In this document: one piece after another, positions 34,261-52,396 of the stretch
Layout: each line of letters begins with the position of its first letter
Position numbering within the stretch: the first letter of the stretch is position 1
Assembly (NCBI GenBank): GCA_001643675.2
Contig: LSRY02000058.1
Coordinates: 248,001 to 312,000 of the forward strand
Reading direction: 5' to 3'
DNA length: 64,000 nt
From: Monocercomonoides exilis PA203
Lineage: Eukaryota; Protista; Preaxostyla
Translations under genes and position numbers: made by a program
Notes under the pieces: generated by a model
Told to the model about the DNA's origin: nothing
The model's database searches: none
What the model saw: the letters and a program-made list of their open reading frames with translations, nothing else

Positions 34261-35239
34261 GATTTGTGTTGTAGGAATGAAGGAGCAATAAAACTCTCTC
34301 CATTGAAATTTGAGAAAGAATGAGAAGTATTAAAGTACTTAAACATACGGACTCTCCCCTTTGCAACATTCTGCTCCAAATTGGATTTTCTCATTTGAAA
34401 TTTTACGAAAGGAAATGCTTATTCGTAATCTGTATTATATGTTTGATTTCTACTCAATTCTGTTAATCGATTCAATAAATAATTTCTTCAAAAGCCTGCC
34501 ATTCCTTGCATAATTAACGCTTTTTGTTTCATTGAGTTATGCCCTTCAAATATTGCATATCATCTGTTCTATTCATTTTTTGATAAATATTGTCTTTAAG
34601 GTTTTGAAGAATTAATTGCCATTTCATTCGATCTCCAATCCTTTGGCACAAATTTTCTGATAATCATTTTTTAATTTTAGACCATAACTGTTTAACAAAA
34701 ACTTTCGGAATTGAACACTCACGAATAAATATTGTTCATTTTTCTTTAAATATTCTCATTTTTCAGTTCATTCGTATTGATAAAAAGGATCAAAAAAATT
34801 TTTGTTGAGGGATTAATTGGAATAAACTAGGTCTTTCTGGAATAAATTTTTTTTATTCGAATAAACTGGTGTTATCTGGAATAAACTTTGGTTATTCGAA
34901 TTATTATTTTTATTTCAATAAAATTTTCTTATTCCAATACCATCTATTGAATGTTTTTTATTCCTTCATAATTTTTTTTATTTGTTGTGTCAATTCAATT
35001 CAATCCATGAACAAGTGCAAAATTGATTTTTATTGTAATATATTTTGAAATAATGCAGAAATTCAGGTACCCCTATTTTCTGCATTTACCCATGAGCCAT
35101 TACATAATGACATTTACAAACTTTTGAAAAATAGAATTCTTCTTTTAATAAGAACTTATCATTTTATTTTGATTCAACCCAAAAAAGCACTTGTGAAATG
35201 GGAAAACATGATTAACAAATTGACAATTGTAATGATCAG

Positions 35240-36367
35240 TTACAGGCATCTTCTAATAAGCCTGTTAATCATTCCCATTCTGTTTCCTGCTGCTCCTCCT
35301 TCAACAAAGTGTCTCAACTTGCTCTTCTTGTATCCTCCTCTTGGAGAGTTCATCTTGAATGGCCACAAGAAACGGTTGCATTTGGCAAAGTGTCTTCCAA
35401 TTGTCACAATTTGCCAGATCAAATCGTCCAACGTCTTAATCTTGTATCTACCCAAAGCACGTGCAATCACTTTGTTTGAAGTGAGAGGAATTCTCTGTCC
35501 GTTGATTTTTGCATATCCGCGCTTAACGAGAAGAGCACGGATGGTTCTAACACTTGGATATCCAATGGCAACATATGGCTCAATAACTTTGAGCATGTTG
35601 AGTGTTGGTTTTGTGAGACGAACGAAGACAGCGTTGTGAATTTGACGAAGACGGAACAATTGAAGGATCTTTCTTTGTTTTGGTGGAACTCCATTCACAC
35701 CACGCAGACGCATCACAAAAGCAAGCTTGGGCTCTGGAGGCACATAGAAGTTGCCTTTCTTTTCAGCTTTACGATGAAGCATAATTCTCTTCTTGCGATC
35801 TTTCTTGTACTTGCGGTTGTATTTTGCAGCACGAATTGCACCCATTGTTCTCTCTCTCAATGCTTCAGTCTTTCTTTCTTTCTTTAACTCAAATCTCTTG
35901 CGAATTCTCGCTTCCTTGTTTGCAATCTTCTTCACAACACTTTCAGGAGCAACACGAAGTGTTTTTGCACGATTGCTCAATTTGTAAACGAGGAAAAGAA
36001 CATGCATATCAGATTCTCCTTTTGCAGCCTTGACTGCATTGGGAAGTTCTGATGGAGTAACTGCACATTTTACGAGAGCTGCATTAATCTATTGTTAAAA
36101 TCAAAAATTATTTTTTTACAAGAAAAATAATCAAAAAAGTACTTTCTTCCAGTTTGCAGTTTGTGCAATGACGTTCTTTGGATCTGCATCGAATTCCTCA
36201 ATAAGTTTTGGGCACAATTTGTTTATTGCTTCGCAGACAACAGCTCCTTTCCGAAGATCTTCAGGGATGTTAACGGGCTTTTTGAGTTCATGTTTCAACC
36301 ATCTTCTAACGCGAAAGGTCATTCTTTTACGAATTATTTCCTGTTGTGACTTCTTTTCAGCTGGCAT
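35240..36367 (-). CDS. RPL7: Calponin-homology (CH) domain fused N-terminally to 60S ribosomal protein L7 (uL30); 2 exons, 357 aa
   Basis: Exon 1 36367-36143 (MPAEKK...WLKHELKKPVNIPEDLRKGAVVCEAINKLCPKLI...ANWKK), a 54-nt GT-AG intron at 36142-36089, then exon 2 36088-35240 in frame (INAALVKC...VLFLVYKL, followed by L7). L7 motifs: VAPESVVKK, FYVPPEPKLAFVMRLRG, LQLFRLRQIHNAVFV, KRGYAKINGQRIPLTSN, FLWPFKM, HFVEGGAAGNR. Confidence 0.85.
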
Positions 36368-36589
36368 TCTTGAGATATTTGTACCTTTTTTAGGTTGATC
36401 GTGATCGATAATTCCCCTCACAATTGAAAAAGGATAAATGGGGGGACATTTTGATCAATAAACATTGGAGCAACAAACGTTCAGCACATTTCGAAATGGT
36501 ATTTTCTTTTGATTTTTTACATTGTTTTCAAGTTTGGAAAAATGATCGAAAATTTTGATCTTGCATAATATTCGTTTCAAATTTCCTAC
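36368..36589. promoter_or_regulatory. Probable bidirectional promoter (222 bp) between CH-RPL7 and SmE
   Basis: Divergent ATGs at 36367 and 36590. Confidence 0.45.
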
Positions 36590-36972
36590 ATGCCCCCAAA
36601 AGCTCAAAGACAGACTGTTCCTCCAATTGAAACGCTGTTCCAATTCTTTAAATCAGTGTGATATTTATTAATTATTTTTGACATGTAGACTATTTGCAGA
36701 AACAACGCGTGGAAATATGGCTTCATGAAAATACGAGAATGCGAATTGAAGGAGTTATAAAAGTTTGCTTTTCTTGAATCTTTTAATTGTATCACATGCA
36801 ATTTCGAAACTTAATTCTCTTCATTTTTCGAAAGGGCTTTGACGAGTATTTAAATATTGTTTTAGGTGATCCATGTGAAGTTTATCTGAAAACAGGAGAA
36901 AGAAAACCACTTCATGAAATTTTACTTAAAGCTGATAATATTGTTGCATGCTGCCCTGTTGCTTCAAGCTAA
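36590..36972 (+). CDS. SNRPE: Small nuclear ribonucleoprotein E (SmE), 3 exons, 88 aa
   Basis: Exons 36590-36655, 36700-36762 and 36835-36972 give MPPKAQRQTVPPIETLFQFFKS/KQRVEIWLHENTRMRIEGVIK/GFDEYLNIVLGDPCEVYLKTGERKPLHEILLKADNIVACCPVASS. This has the Sm1 and Sm2 motifs and the SmE signature. Confidence 0.92.
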
Positions 36973-37172
36973 GCATGCAAATATTTCATCTCACTCCGAG
37001 ACTTCAATTTTAAAAATTATTTTTTGTTTTGATAAATTTATCCTTCTTAAAAAGAAGATACACAAAATTCAATTCACATCTTCCACTTTTATAAAGAATT
37101 TATTTATTAAAAAAATAATTATCAACTTTTTTGTTCTTTTCAACGATTTGTGATATGGTTTGATCAGCGAAG

Positions 37173-44141
<6,969 letters not shown>

Positions 44142-46655
44142 CACTTATTTTATTTTATTTATTTTTTTATGATAATTGTTATTGTTATTTTCCCACTCAA
44201 ATGCGATTTGTTCCATTGTTCACTTTTTGAATATGAAGTGTATAGACTGGCAAAAAGAGATTAAAATATATCTTTTTCTTTTCTTTTCTTTTCTTTCTTT
44301 TTTCATTTTTTTCCTTTTGAATTTTGAATTTTTGTTTCAGTTTGTCTGATTTTCACTCTCAGAAAAAAATTTTAACATCATATGCTTTTTCTTCTTCAAA
44401 ATGAAACTGGATAGGCTGAAGCTTGCAAACTTTGGATTTCCAATGATTTTCTATTGTACATTCTTTGATCCAATCGATAGCTAATTTTGATAAATATCGT
44501 TTATTCCAGTGGTTGCTTCCAAAAAATAATCGATTGAGAGAAGACTTTCCCGCAAAAAAAACGTCATTCAACAGGCCGTTTAGCTGTTTAGGGCATCTTT
44601 CTATGAGAATTGTTTGAAAGAAGCAATCTCATATGCTCTTTTCAAGTGATTTGATTGAATTATTACATCATGGACAATTCCCCCTCCTTAAGGAAATTTT
44701 ATAAATGCTATTATTCCAAATATTAATTCAAAAAAATGAATTATAAATGAAAATGCATTTAAAATAATTTCAAAGCGAATTCTGAAAAAAAAAAAAAAAA
44801 AAGGTCTTATTAATTTGAAAATCAATATTTATCAAATCAAACACATAAACTTGAGCTATGGTCATATAAACATCAAACACTATGATTAAAAAAGTAATAA
44901 TCAGAAAGAAAATCATTGACAGGAAGTCAACTGACATATTCGCTTTCTTTCCTGAAAAGAAGGAAAAAAATCAAATAATGTTAAAAGATAAAAATTGCAC
45001 AACAAATGCATACCAATCTCTAATCGAATGAATGAAAGAGGCAAGTAAAGAATAAATATCAAAATTATTTCGAACCATTTTAAAACAACCGGATATTGGA
45101 GTTGAGAAACTTAAAAAAAAAAACTTATCTTTACGAACATTATAAAGCACTCATACGTTTCAATAAATAGATAGAAATAGTAGCCAAATAATACATCAAT
45201 GAATAATACTTATCATGATATATTAGTATTTGCAATATGACGCTAGAACCCTGAAAAATGAAACCAAACGTGTATAAAAATGATAAAAATGTCATTCCAT
45301 TTTATAATACGGAAAACGATTAATATTTCGTATGTTAAGACGCAAACATTTTTCTTATTTTGCATTTATAATTTATTAAAATATAAGCAAATTTAAACTC
45401 AATCTTTAAATAATTTATTATGGCAAAATTTTTTGCAATTTTGAAATGAGATGCAAAATATTCTTCTAGCATTAATGATTATTTTTATTAATATAATGCG
45501 AACTTCTGTTGTATTAGAATTGTTTAAATGTCTTCTTTGTTCATTGGATTAATTTCACTGAAAATTTCAAATATACATATAGCAATAATAATTATTCAAA
45601 AAATAAGAATATTTTTTCAGACAATTTCTGTTTGCGATCAATCTTTTGCTATCAAAATATTTATTTTTAGAATAAAAATGAAAAAAAAAAAGAATTGTTT
45701 GTTTGAGATCAAAGAAATTGGTAAGATTGAATCAAATTCACAATATTTCGATTACAATTATCATTGAAATGTATCTTGTGATGAAAATCAACTTTTATCA
45801 GCAAAATATTAACACCATTCTGCAATCAGATAGACGCAATTCTTGAAATAGACTTTTTAAAATCGTTTTATGAAAAATAAACTGTTGGTTCGATCAAATT
45901 GAAACTAATAATTTTTTCATTTCTTTCCTCAAAGGCTGAGCCATTGGTTTTATTGAGCTTTCTTTATAAGATCTGCTTTTATTAAGCATCACAATTGGTA
46001 TTGGAATAATTATATATTTGTTTTGCAAGATAAACAATAATGTTTGCGTTTGTCAATTATTTAATTGATATGAAAAGAAACAGCAACTCAATGATCTGAA
46101 TTAACGATTGTCAGAAAGGGAGATTGTAAAGATGGATTTAAGGAGAGCGAACGAACAGAAGGTGAATGGGAACATAACGTACTATTCAAAAAAATAACAC
46201 AAAGAAAGTTTTATTTCCGAAAAAAAGCAAGATTGAATGGATACAAAGCAAACAATAAAATAGAAATAATTATTTTCAACTTAAAATTCAAGTGATGAAT
46301 AATCGCCTTTTTCATCAAAAAATCTATGATCAAACCCTAATAATATTATTTGACAAATTTTTTAATTAGGTTTTCGAAAGGCAATTGGTTTCAATGCCTT
46401 CACAACGAGTGAATTAGGGTATAACGTATATAAAAATATGAACCAAAATTATTGAATAGGGTTTTATTTATCAAAAAAGATAAAAAAACAGGTGTTTTGT
46501 TGATAAAGAATATCAAAAATGGGTAACCAATTTAATTATTCGATTTAGACGTAATTTACCAGTGAAAATATCCCACAAGGACTTATCACTTATTTTGATA
46601 ACGAATATTTACGTTTTTAAAAGCATTTGAAACAGTACGTTTTGTTCCCACTTAC

Positions 46656-47344
46656 CGAACAGAAAAATTTTTAAGTTTGTGTGATTTTGTGAAATTCAAA
46701 ACAGGAAATATTTATTGATTTTATTTCTTTTTTTGAAGAATTGTTTGGTGAATTGGAGGATTGCAACGAGGATGAACAGAAACAGGAAATCGAAGAAATG
46801 AATGGAGTGATAGAGGAGATGGATAACGAAGAATTCCATTCTATTTTCACGGAAGAGCTGTTCAACAGAACACACCAAATGATTGAAGAAAAGAAAATGT
46901 CGTGGAGGGTGAATATTTTATTGTTGAAAAACATGGGATATTGGAAAAATATGAAAAATATATGGAGTTTCAGCTTAGAAAGATCTTTGTTGAACAAAAG
47001 ATTAATAAAGATGGTTATCAATGAACATAAGGAAAAAGAAGGAGCAAACGAAAAACTTTTGGTTGATCTGTACGAATGCACTCTATCATTGTTAACCTTC
47101 CCTTCATCTAAATTGCTTTCAATTTGTGTACCCTGTCTTCTGAAAGTTGCCTTGAAGAAAGAGGAAAACGAAGAAACAAAAAATGAAGTTGAAATGGCAT
47201 TGCTTGCATTAGGCAATTATGGTTTTGGTGTATGAGCACTTCAATTTTGTTTTTAATACTATTTCTTTTCTTTTCTTTCTTTCTTTCTTTTTTCTTTTCT
47301 TTTCTTTTCTTTTCTTTTCTTTTCTTTTCTTTTCTTTTCTTTTC

Positions 47345-47381
<37 letters not shown>

Positions 47382-48159
47382 TTTTGTAAAAGAAACAGAA
47401 GCAAGAATTGTATTTGAATGAAATCAAAGAAATCATCGAATATCATCAGGAACATAGAAATCTAACACGACTTGCATATCATTGCGCTTGGAAGTTTTTG
47501 ATTCGCAGATTCGATTTCGAAAGAAGCTTGGAAAAAGTTGTGAATGATCTGCATTTTGCTAGAGAAGCAGCTACCGAATTGGAGGAGCTGGTAAGGTTTG
47601 CAAATAGGAGGGAAATGAAGAGGGAAAAGGAGGAAAAGAAACGAAAGAAGAGCTCCTTCTGATAAGTTGGCTCAAAATAGTCTGTTATTACTTATCCGGG
47701 TGTACATTTTGGAATGAAGAATTTTCAGGGCTTGTTGGCAGCATTGTTCAAGTATTAAGAGTGGCAACGGGGAATAATAAAGAAATTCACGAAAAATGCA
47801 GTTATTTGCTTGAAGTTGCAGTGATCAAAGCAAACGTGAAAATTGAAGACTTATTGAAAAGTGGAGCTGTTGATATTGTTTTGGAGGAAGCCATTGAAAT
47901 AAATGTAATAGAACCTCAATTTTTTCATACCCTGATAATTCTTTTGGAAATATCCAAAAGATTGAAAAGAAAGGCAGATGATGAAAATGGAGAGGACGAA
48001 AATGGAGAAGAGATGAGCAGAAAGGTATTTGAAAAGATGGAAGAAGAAGGATACGAAAATTGCATCACAAGCTTTCAGGAAATGCTGACAATTCTTTGTG
48101 AATATTTTCATTTTTCCAATCTATCAAGAAACTCAAGTGATTATCTTGTTCATCTTTGA
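46656..48159 (+). pseudogene. Lineage-specific Glu/Lys-rich helical (possibly ARM-like) family, copy 1; frameshifted
   Basis: Exons ..46674, 46739-47229 and 47393-48159 are homologous to copies 2 and 3 (EVEMALLAL, YHQEHRNLTRLAY, KVFEKMEEEGYE). The frame shifts near 47605-47635, and I found no ATG for exon 1. Confidence 0.7.
47264..47385. repeat. (TTTTC)n microsatellite plus poly-T in an intron
   Basis: Directly visible, lying between donor 47230 and acceptor 47392. Confidence 0.92.
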
Positions 48160-48179
48160 AACAACTTTTCGAGCCAATT

Positions 48180-48830
48180 CAACAAATGGAATCTTCATCC
48201 TTGAAAAGAAGAAGAAAAATGGAATGAAATGGAAATAGAGAATAAGAGAATGCAGATTGCAGCAAATAAACAACCAATGATAAATGAGAAGAAGAAAAGA
48301 GAAGAGAGAAGAAAAGATTTCATTCAAAAGCAGTTTTATTTGGATGAACAATAAGAATATTCAACACAAATTGTGCGTTTTTCATTCTTTTAAATCATTC
48401 TTCTCATTATCGCCTTCTGCTTCTGCTTCCATCTCACTCAAGCAATCATTCACTTGCACAAAATCAGTTTTCATTTCATCAATCAATCCATCTTCTTTTT
48501 CTTCCGCAGTTTCTCGAACATCACCTCTTCCTTCTCAGAATGAACCAGCCAATCTCATTTCGCTCATTTGGAATGAGAATTCATTTGAGAGTCAGAAAGA
48601 TCAGCTTTCAGCTCACATTGCAAAGCCAAAAGGCAAAACCGATGAAAGCATTGAAAAGGAAGCCTGGAAAGAAAACAACACATCTGTTGGTGAGTTGTCT
48701 GCATCTGTATTGCCTGAAGTTTTACCAACTGCAAGTCAAGAATTAGCATCCACTCCAACTTCAAGATTCAAGAATTCTTTTCTTCTGGCTCATTTGCAAT
48801 TGACTGTGAATGTTTCTTGATGATTTGGAA
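48180..48830 (-). pseudogene. Decayed coding-like fragment
   Basis: The minus frame reads LNLEVGVDANS*LAVGKTSGNTDADNSPTDVLFSFQ...EEKEDGLIDEMKTD with several stops. The listed + ORF 48284-48820 is its shadow. Confidence 0.3.
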
Positions 48831-49515
48831 AGAGAAATTGGAAACTGAAAAGGAAAGCCAATTCAATGAACGAGAAAGATGGAATGAAAAACACATCCAA
48901 TCAGGGGAGGAAGTGAATATTTGAGAAAGAATGAATATTACGATTGAGGATCAAGAGCTGACACTCCAATCATCAAAAGTGAATTTCTTCTTCCATATGT
49001 TCATACACTTCCGTTGAACACACTTTTTGTGTTTCTGTTGTTTCATTCACTGCATCACTTCAATTTAAACATTTGCGTTTCAAAAAAAGCAGAGAAGAGG
49101 CGACTGAACACAAATAACAAGAAAGAAAATATCATTAATTCTTGAAACTTGCGAGAAGTTGGATATTCGGTGATAATTTTTTCCCCCAAAGAAAAGAAGG
49201 AATCGAATGTTGATGTTTCATATTTTTTTGCTTTACAGAATTTCAAAGAAATGATGAAAATAAAGATATAAAACAAACTTTACGTTTGTTGAATGTAACA
49301 TGATACTGAATGAAAAATAAACAAAAATTTTGAGTTACAGAATAAAAAACATTTCATTCCCTCAGACATTTACACCAGTTGCTGATGATTTATCAGACAA
49401 TCCAATAAAAAATTTCAATTGAGAAAGGCTGCAAACAGCCATTTGCAGATGAAGGAAATAATCAAAATACAAAAATTGAAATTCAGAGAAACAAAATGTG
49501 AAATATCACATTTCC

Positions 49516-51046
49516 TCAAATATTCACAAAATAATCAGAAATATTCAATGACAATTGATAATAAAGTCTTTTGTTAAGAAAACCGATTGTTTCATGAAAG
49601 CTTGTGATGATATCTTCGTATCCTTCTTCTTCCATCTTTTCAAATACCTTCTTTCTGATCTCTTCTCCATTTTCGTCCTCTCCATTTTCATCATCCATCT
49701 TTCCTTCAAATCTTCCTGAAATTGCTAAAACAGCATCCAAACAATTACACACATTTTCATCTTCTAATGTTTGCTGATAAAGTTCTTCAAAAACAACATC
49801 AATTGCCCCACCTTTCAACAAATCATCAACTTTCTCAGGCTCACTTTTTGCTGCAAGTGCTATGGAAAAAATGCAAACACCGCAAATTCTTCCAAGACTA
49901 TCCTTTGCTGCTCGATATAACCCCACAATGCTGCCTATGAACCTAATAAATTCTTCATTCCGCAATTTGCATTGGGATATGTTATCCATAATAATATCAA
50001 ACCATCTCAAGATTACAATCTCTTCTTTCGCTTCTTTTCCTCTTCTTTCCTCTTCTTTCTCTTTCTTCCAATTCACATTTCTTGTCAACTCTTCCAGTTC
50101 CTTTATTGCCTCTCTCACAAAATGCAGTTCATTCATAATTGTATCTTCCAAACTTTTATCATTATCAAGCCTGTTTATCAAAAACTGCCAAGCAGACTGA
50201 TAAGCAAGTCGTGTCAGGTTGCGATGCTCCTGATGGTACAGGATGATCTCTTTGATCTCATTCAGATACAATTCCTCTGATATTTCCTTATAAAAAAAAA
50301 TAAAAAATAAAAACAAGAAAATTTAATAAAATTGGATAAAAATCACATACACAATACCCAAAACCGGTCAAAGCAAGCAAGGCCATTTCCACTTCTTCCT
50401 TTGCTTCTTCGTTTTCCTCTTTGTTTGAAGCAGCTTTCAGAAGATAAGGCAAACGAATTACAAGCAAATTTCCAGGAATCATGCAGTCGAACATCAATGC
50501 ATAGCATTCGCAAACATCAGTAAGAAGCTTTTCATCCTTTTCTTCTTTTTTCTGATCTTCTTCAATCATCATCTTCTCAAATCTTTTGTTCAACAAAGAA
50601 TCTTTAAAAGAATAATGCCAAGCGTTTTTCAACTCTATCCAATACGCAACACGTTTCATCAGCATCCGAACATTTTCCATTCGGATTTTCTTCTCTTCAA
50701 TCATTTCATCGATTTTGTCAAACAGTTCTTTTGTGAAAACGGATTGGAAATTTTCTCTGCGCATCTCTTCCATAATTTTATTCATTTCTAGGATTTTCTG
50801 TTTCTGTTCATTCTCATTGCAATTTTCCACTTTATGAAATATTTCTTTAATAAAAATTGAAAAAGAAATATAAAAAAAATTTTTTTTTCCCCCAAAGTAT
50901 TGAAAGTTCAATCAAGAAAAAAAAATGCTCGAACTTGTAAACTTTTCTGTAAGCTCTGTTTTCAATTCTCCTTCTTCTTTGTCATCACAATCTTCTTCTT
51001 CTTCCTTTTCTTCTTCAACACCACAGACCAAACTTACTTCGTTCAT
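49516..51046 (-). CDS. Lineage-specific helical (possibly ARM-like) family, copy 2; intact, 3 exons, 458 aa
   Basis: Exons 51046-50935, 50844-50351 and 50286-49516 (1,377 nt, ATG to TGA, in frame). Intron positions match the paralogues. Confidence 0.8.
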
Positions 51047-52396
51047 TATGTGTTCTGGGAAAATGAAAGGAATGCCAAATATACAACAAGTTAATCAACA
51101 AATTCAAACATCTTTATTTATCTCCAGAACAGAAAGTTAACAGTGCTGCAACAAATGCTATGCTTTATATCAATCGGAAGCAAAAATGAAAAAGGAAGAA
51201 TAAATGAATTCGCTTGCTGCAAACAAGAATTAATCCAATCTTTTTATTCTTGTTGATCGAACCAACTGATAGTTTATGGGAGATGATTACCAAAAAAAAA
51301 GTCATTTTCTTTTTGAAACAACATCTTTCCAATTTTGGAAATATTATTTCTATTTCATTGAAAAGGATAAATGTTCGGCCACTGACATTTCAAAGAAATA
51401 AAGTTATTTTTTTGCTTATTTAAAAGCTGATTTTGATTGAAGACAAGGGCAACAACGGTTTGTTTGCTTAAAGAATTTTGCAATTATTTTTATCTTTTCT
51501 TTTTTCATTTCCAATTTTAAGATCATTCTCAAGCTTATTGAAGAAGAAAGAATTGATTTGGCAAATACTAATACTGATTTTATTCAAAAGAATGCGATTC
51601 AACAGCAGGTGAAATACCAGAAGAGAAAGGAAAATCACTTTCAAAGCGAAACAAGCAATAAATGCAAACATGTGAAGGATGATTCCAACACCAAAGATTC
51701 ACAGATTCATAATTGATGAAGCAACAACAACAACTGCAACCATTTTCTTTGATGTTTGTCAAAAGCTTTTAATTGCAAAAGTCATTTGATTTCGATTGAA
51801 TGAAGATTGGATGAGGAAGTTAAAATAACCAATCTTCCAAGATGGATTCATCTTTGATTCAAAAGAGCAAATCTTTTTTTTCCCCATTCAGTTGCCAATG
51901 GTGGTGATGATATGAAAAAGAAAAACAATCAAGCGGATAATTCTTGTTGTTTCCATCAGAACGGAGAGAGAGATATTCACATCTTTTTATTGCTCAAAAT
52001 GCCCTTCAGTGTCAAAGTGATCTTCTTTGAGCCAGTCAGAAATTCTTCTTTGGACTTCAATGCTCACATCTGAAATCGATTGCATTTAAAAAGCGAAAGG
52101 ATATCCATTCAAATACGTTATCAATCCTTCATTTTTCTGAAAGCTTTATTGTTATTGAAGCGTTGTAGGTTCATGTGCCTCAATTGTTCAGACGAGAAAG
52201 AGATGCAGAAGCGCTTTCTGAAGAAATTCCAGAAGCAGATTGATGCTTCATTTTTCTTCACATTTATCGCATTCATCCAATTCTCGCGGAGAAATCAAAT
52301 ACAAATATCTTCAAAAACCATTTCCTTTTATTTCGAACTCAACATTCTTCTGGTCAATCAACAGAAAGATTCCATTCTTTTTTCCTCAGCCATTTT

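Larger units (their letters stand above)
32084..34946. mobile_element. Putative non-autonomous DNA transposon (~2.86 kb) with long imperfect TIRs made of 20-bp-period repeats
   Basis: 32084-32220 and 34810-34946 are arrays of a quasi-palindromic TTTATT(C/G)GAATAAA motif. They align as inverted copies: both ends start TAGAT and share caaagtttatt at offset ~57. No clean TSD found. Confidence 0.55.

Noticed and set aside
34340-34668. Non-standard genetic code (TAA/TAG = Gln) to explain stop-riddled frames
   Set aside because: These frames also contain TGA, and conserved genes in the window terminate at TAG, TAA and TGA at the expected positions.
32100-34946. Regularly spaced palindromic repeats as a CRISPR array
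   Set aside because: The period is only ~20 bp with no unique spacers, the units are degenerate, the context is eukaryotic, and there are no cas genes.
36131-36421. Stand-alone 96-aa CH protein starting at GTG 36421
   Set aside because: The CH domain would be truncated. An in-frame intron completes it and joins it to L7, and ATG 36367 is the likelier start.
44200-46600. Genes, RNA genes or TIR elements in this AT-rich interval
   Set aside because: Only short low-quality ORFs and weak inverted matches. I recognised no tRNA, rRNA or snRNA here or elsewhere in the window, though a covariance-model search was not possible.
47108-47455. Lys-rich (KEKKR)n and Phe-rich ORFs
   Set aside because: These are translations of the intronic (TTTTC)n microsatellite.
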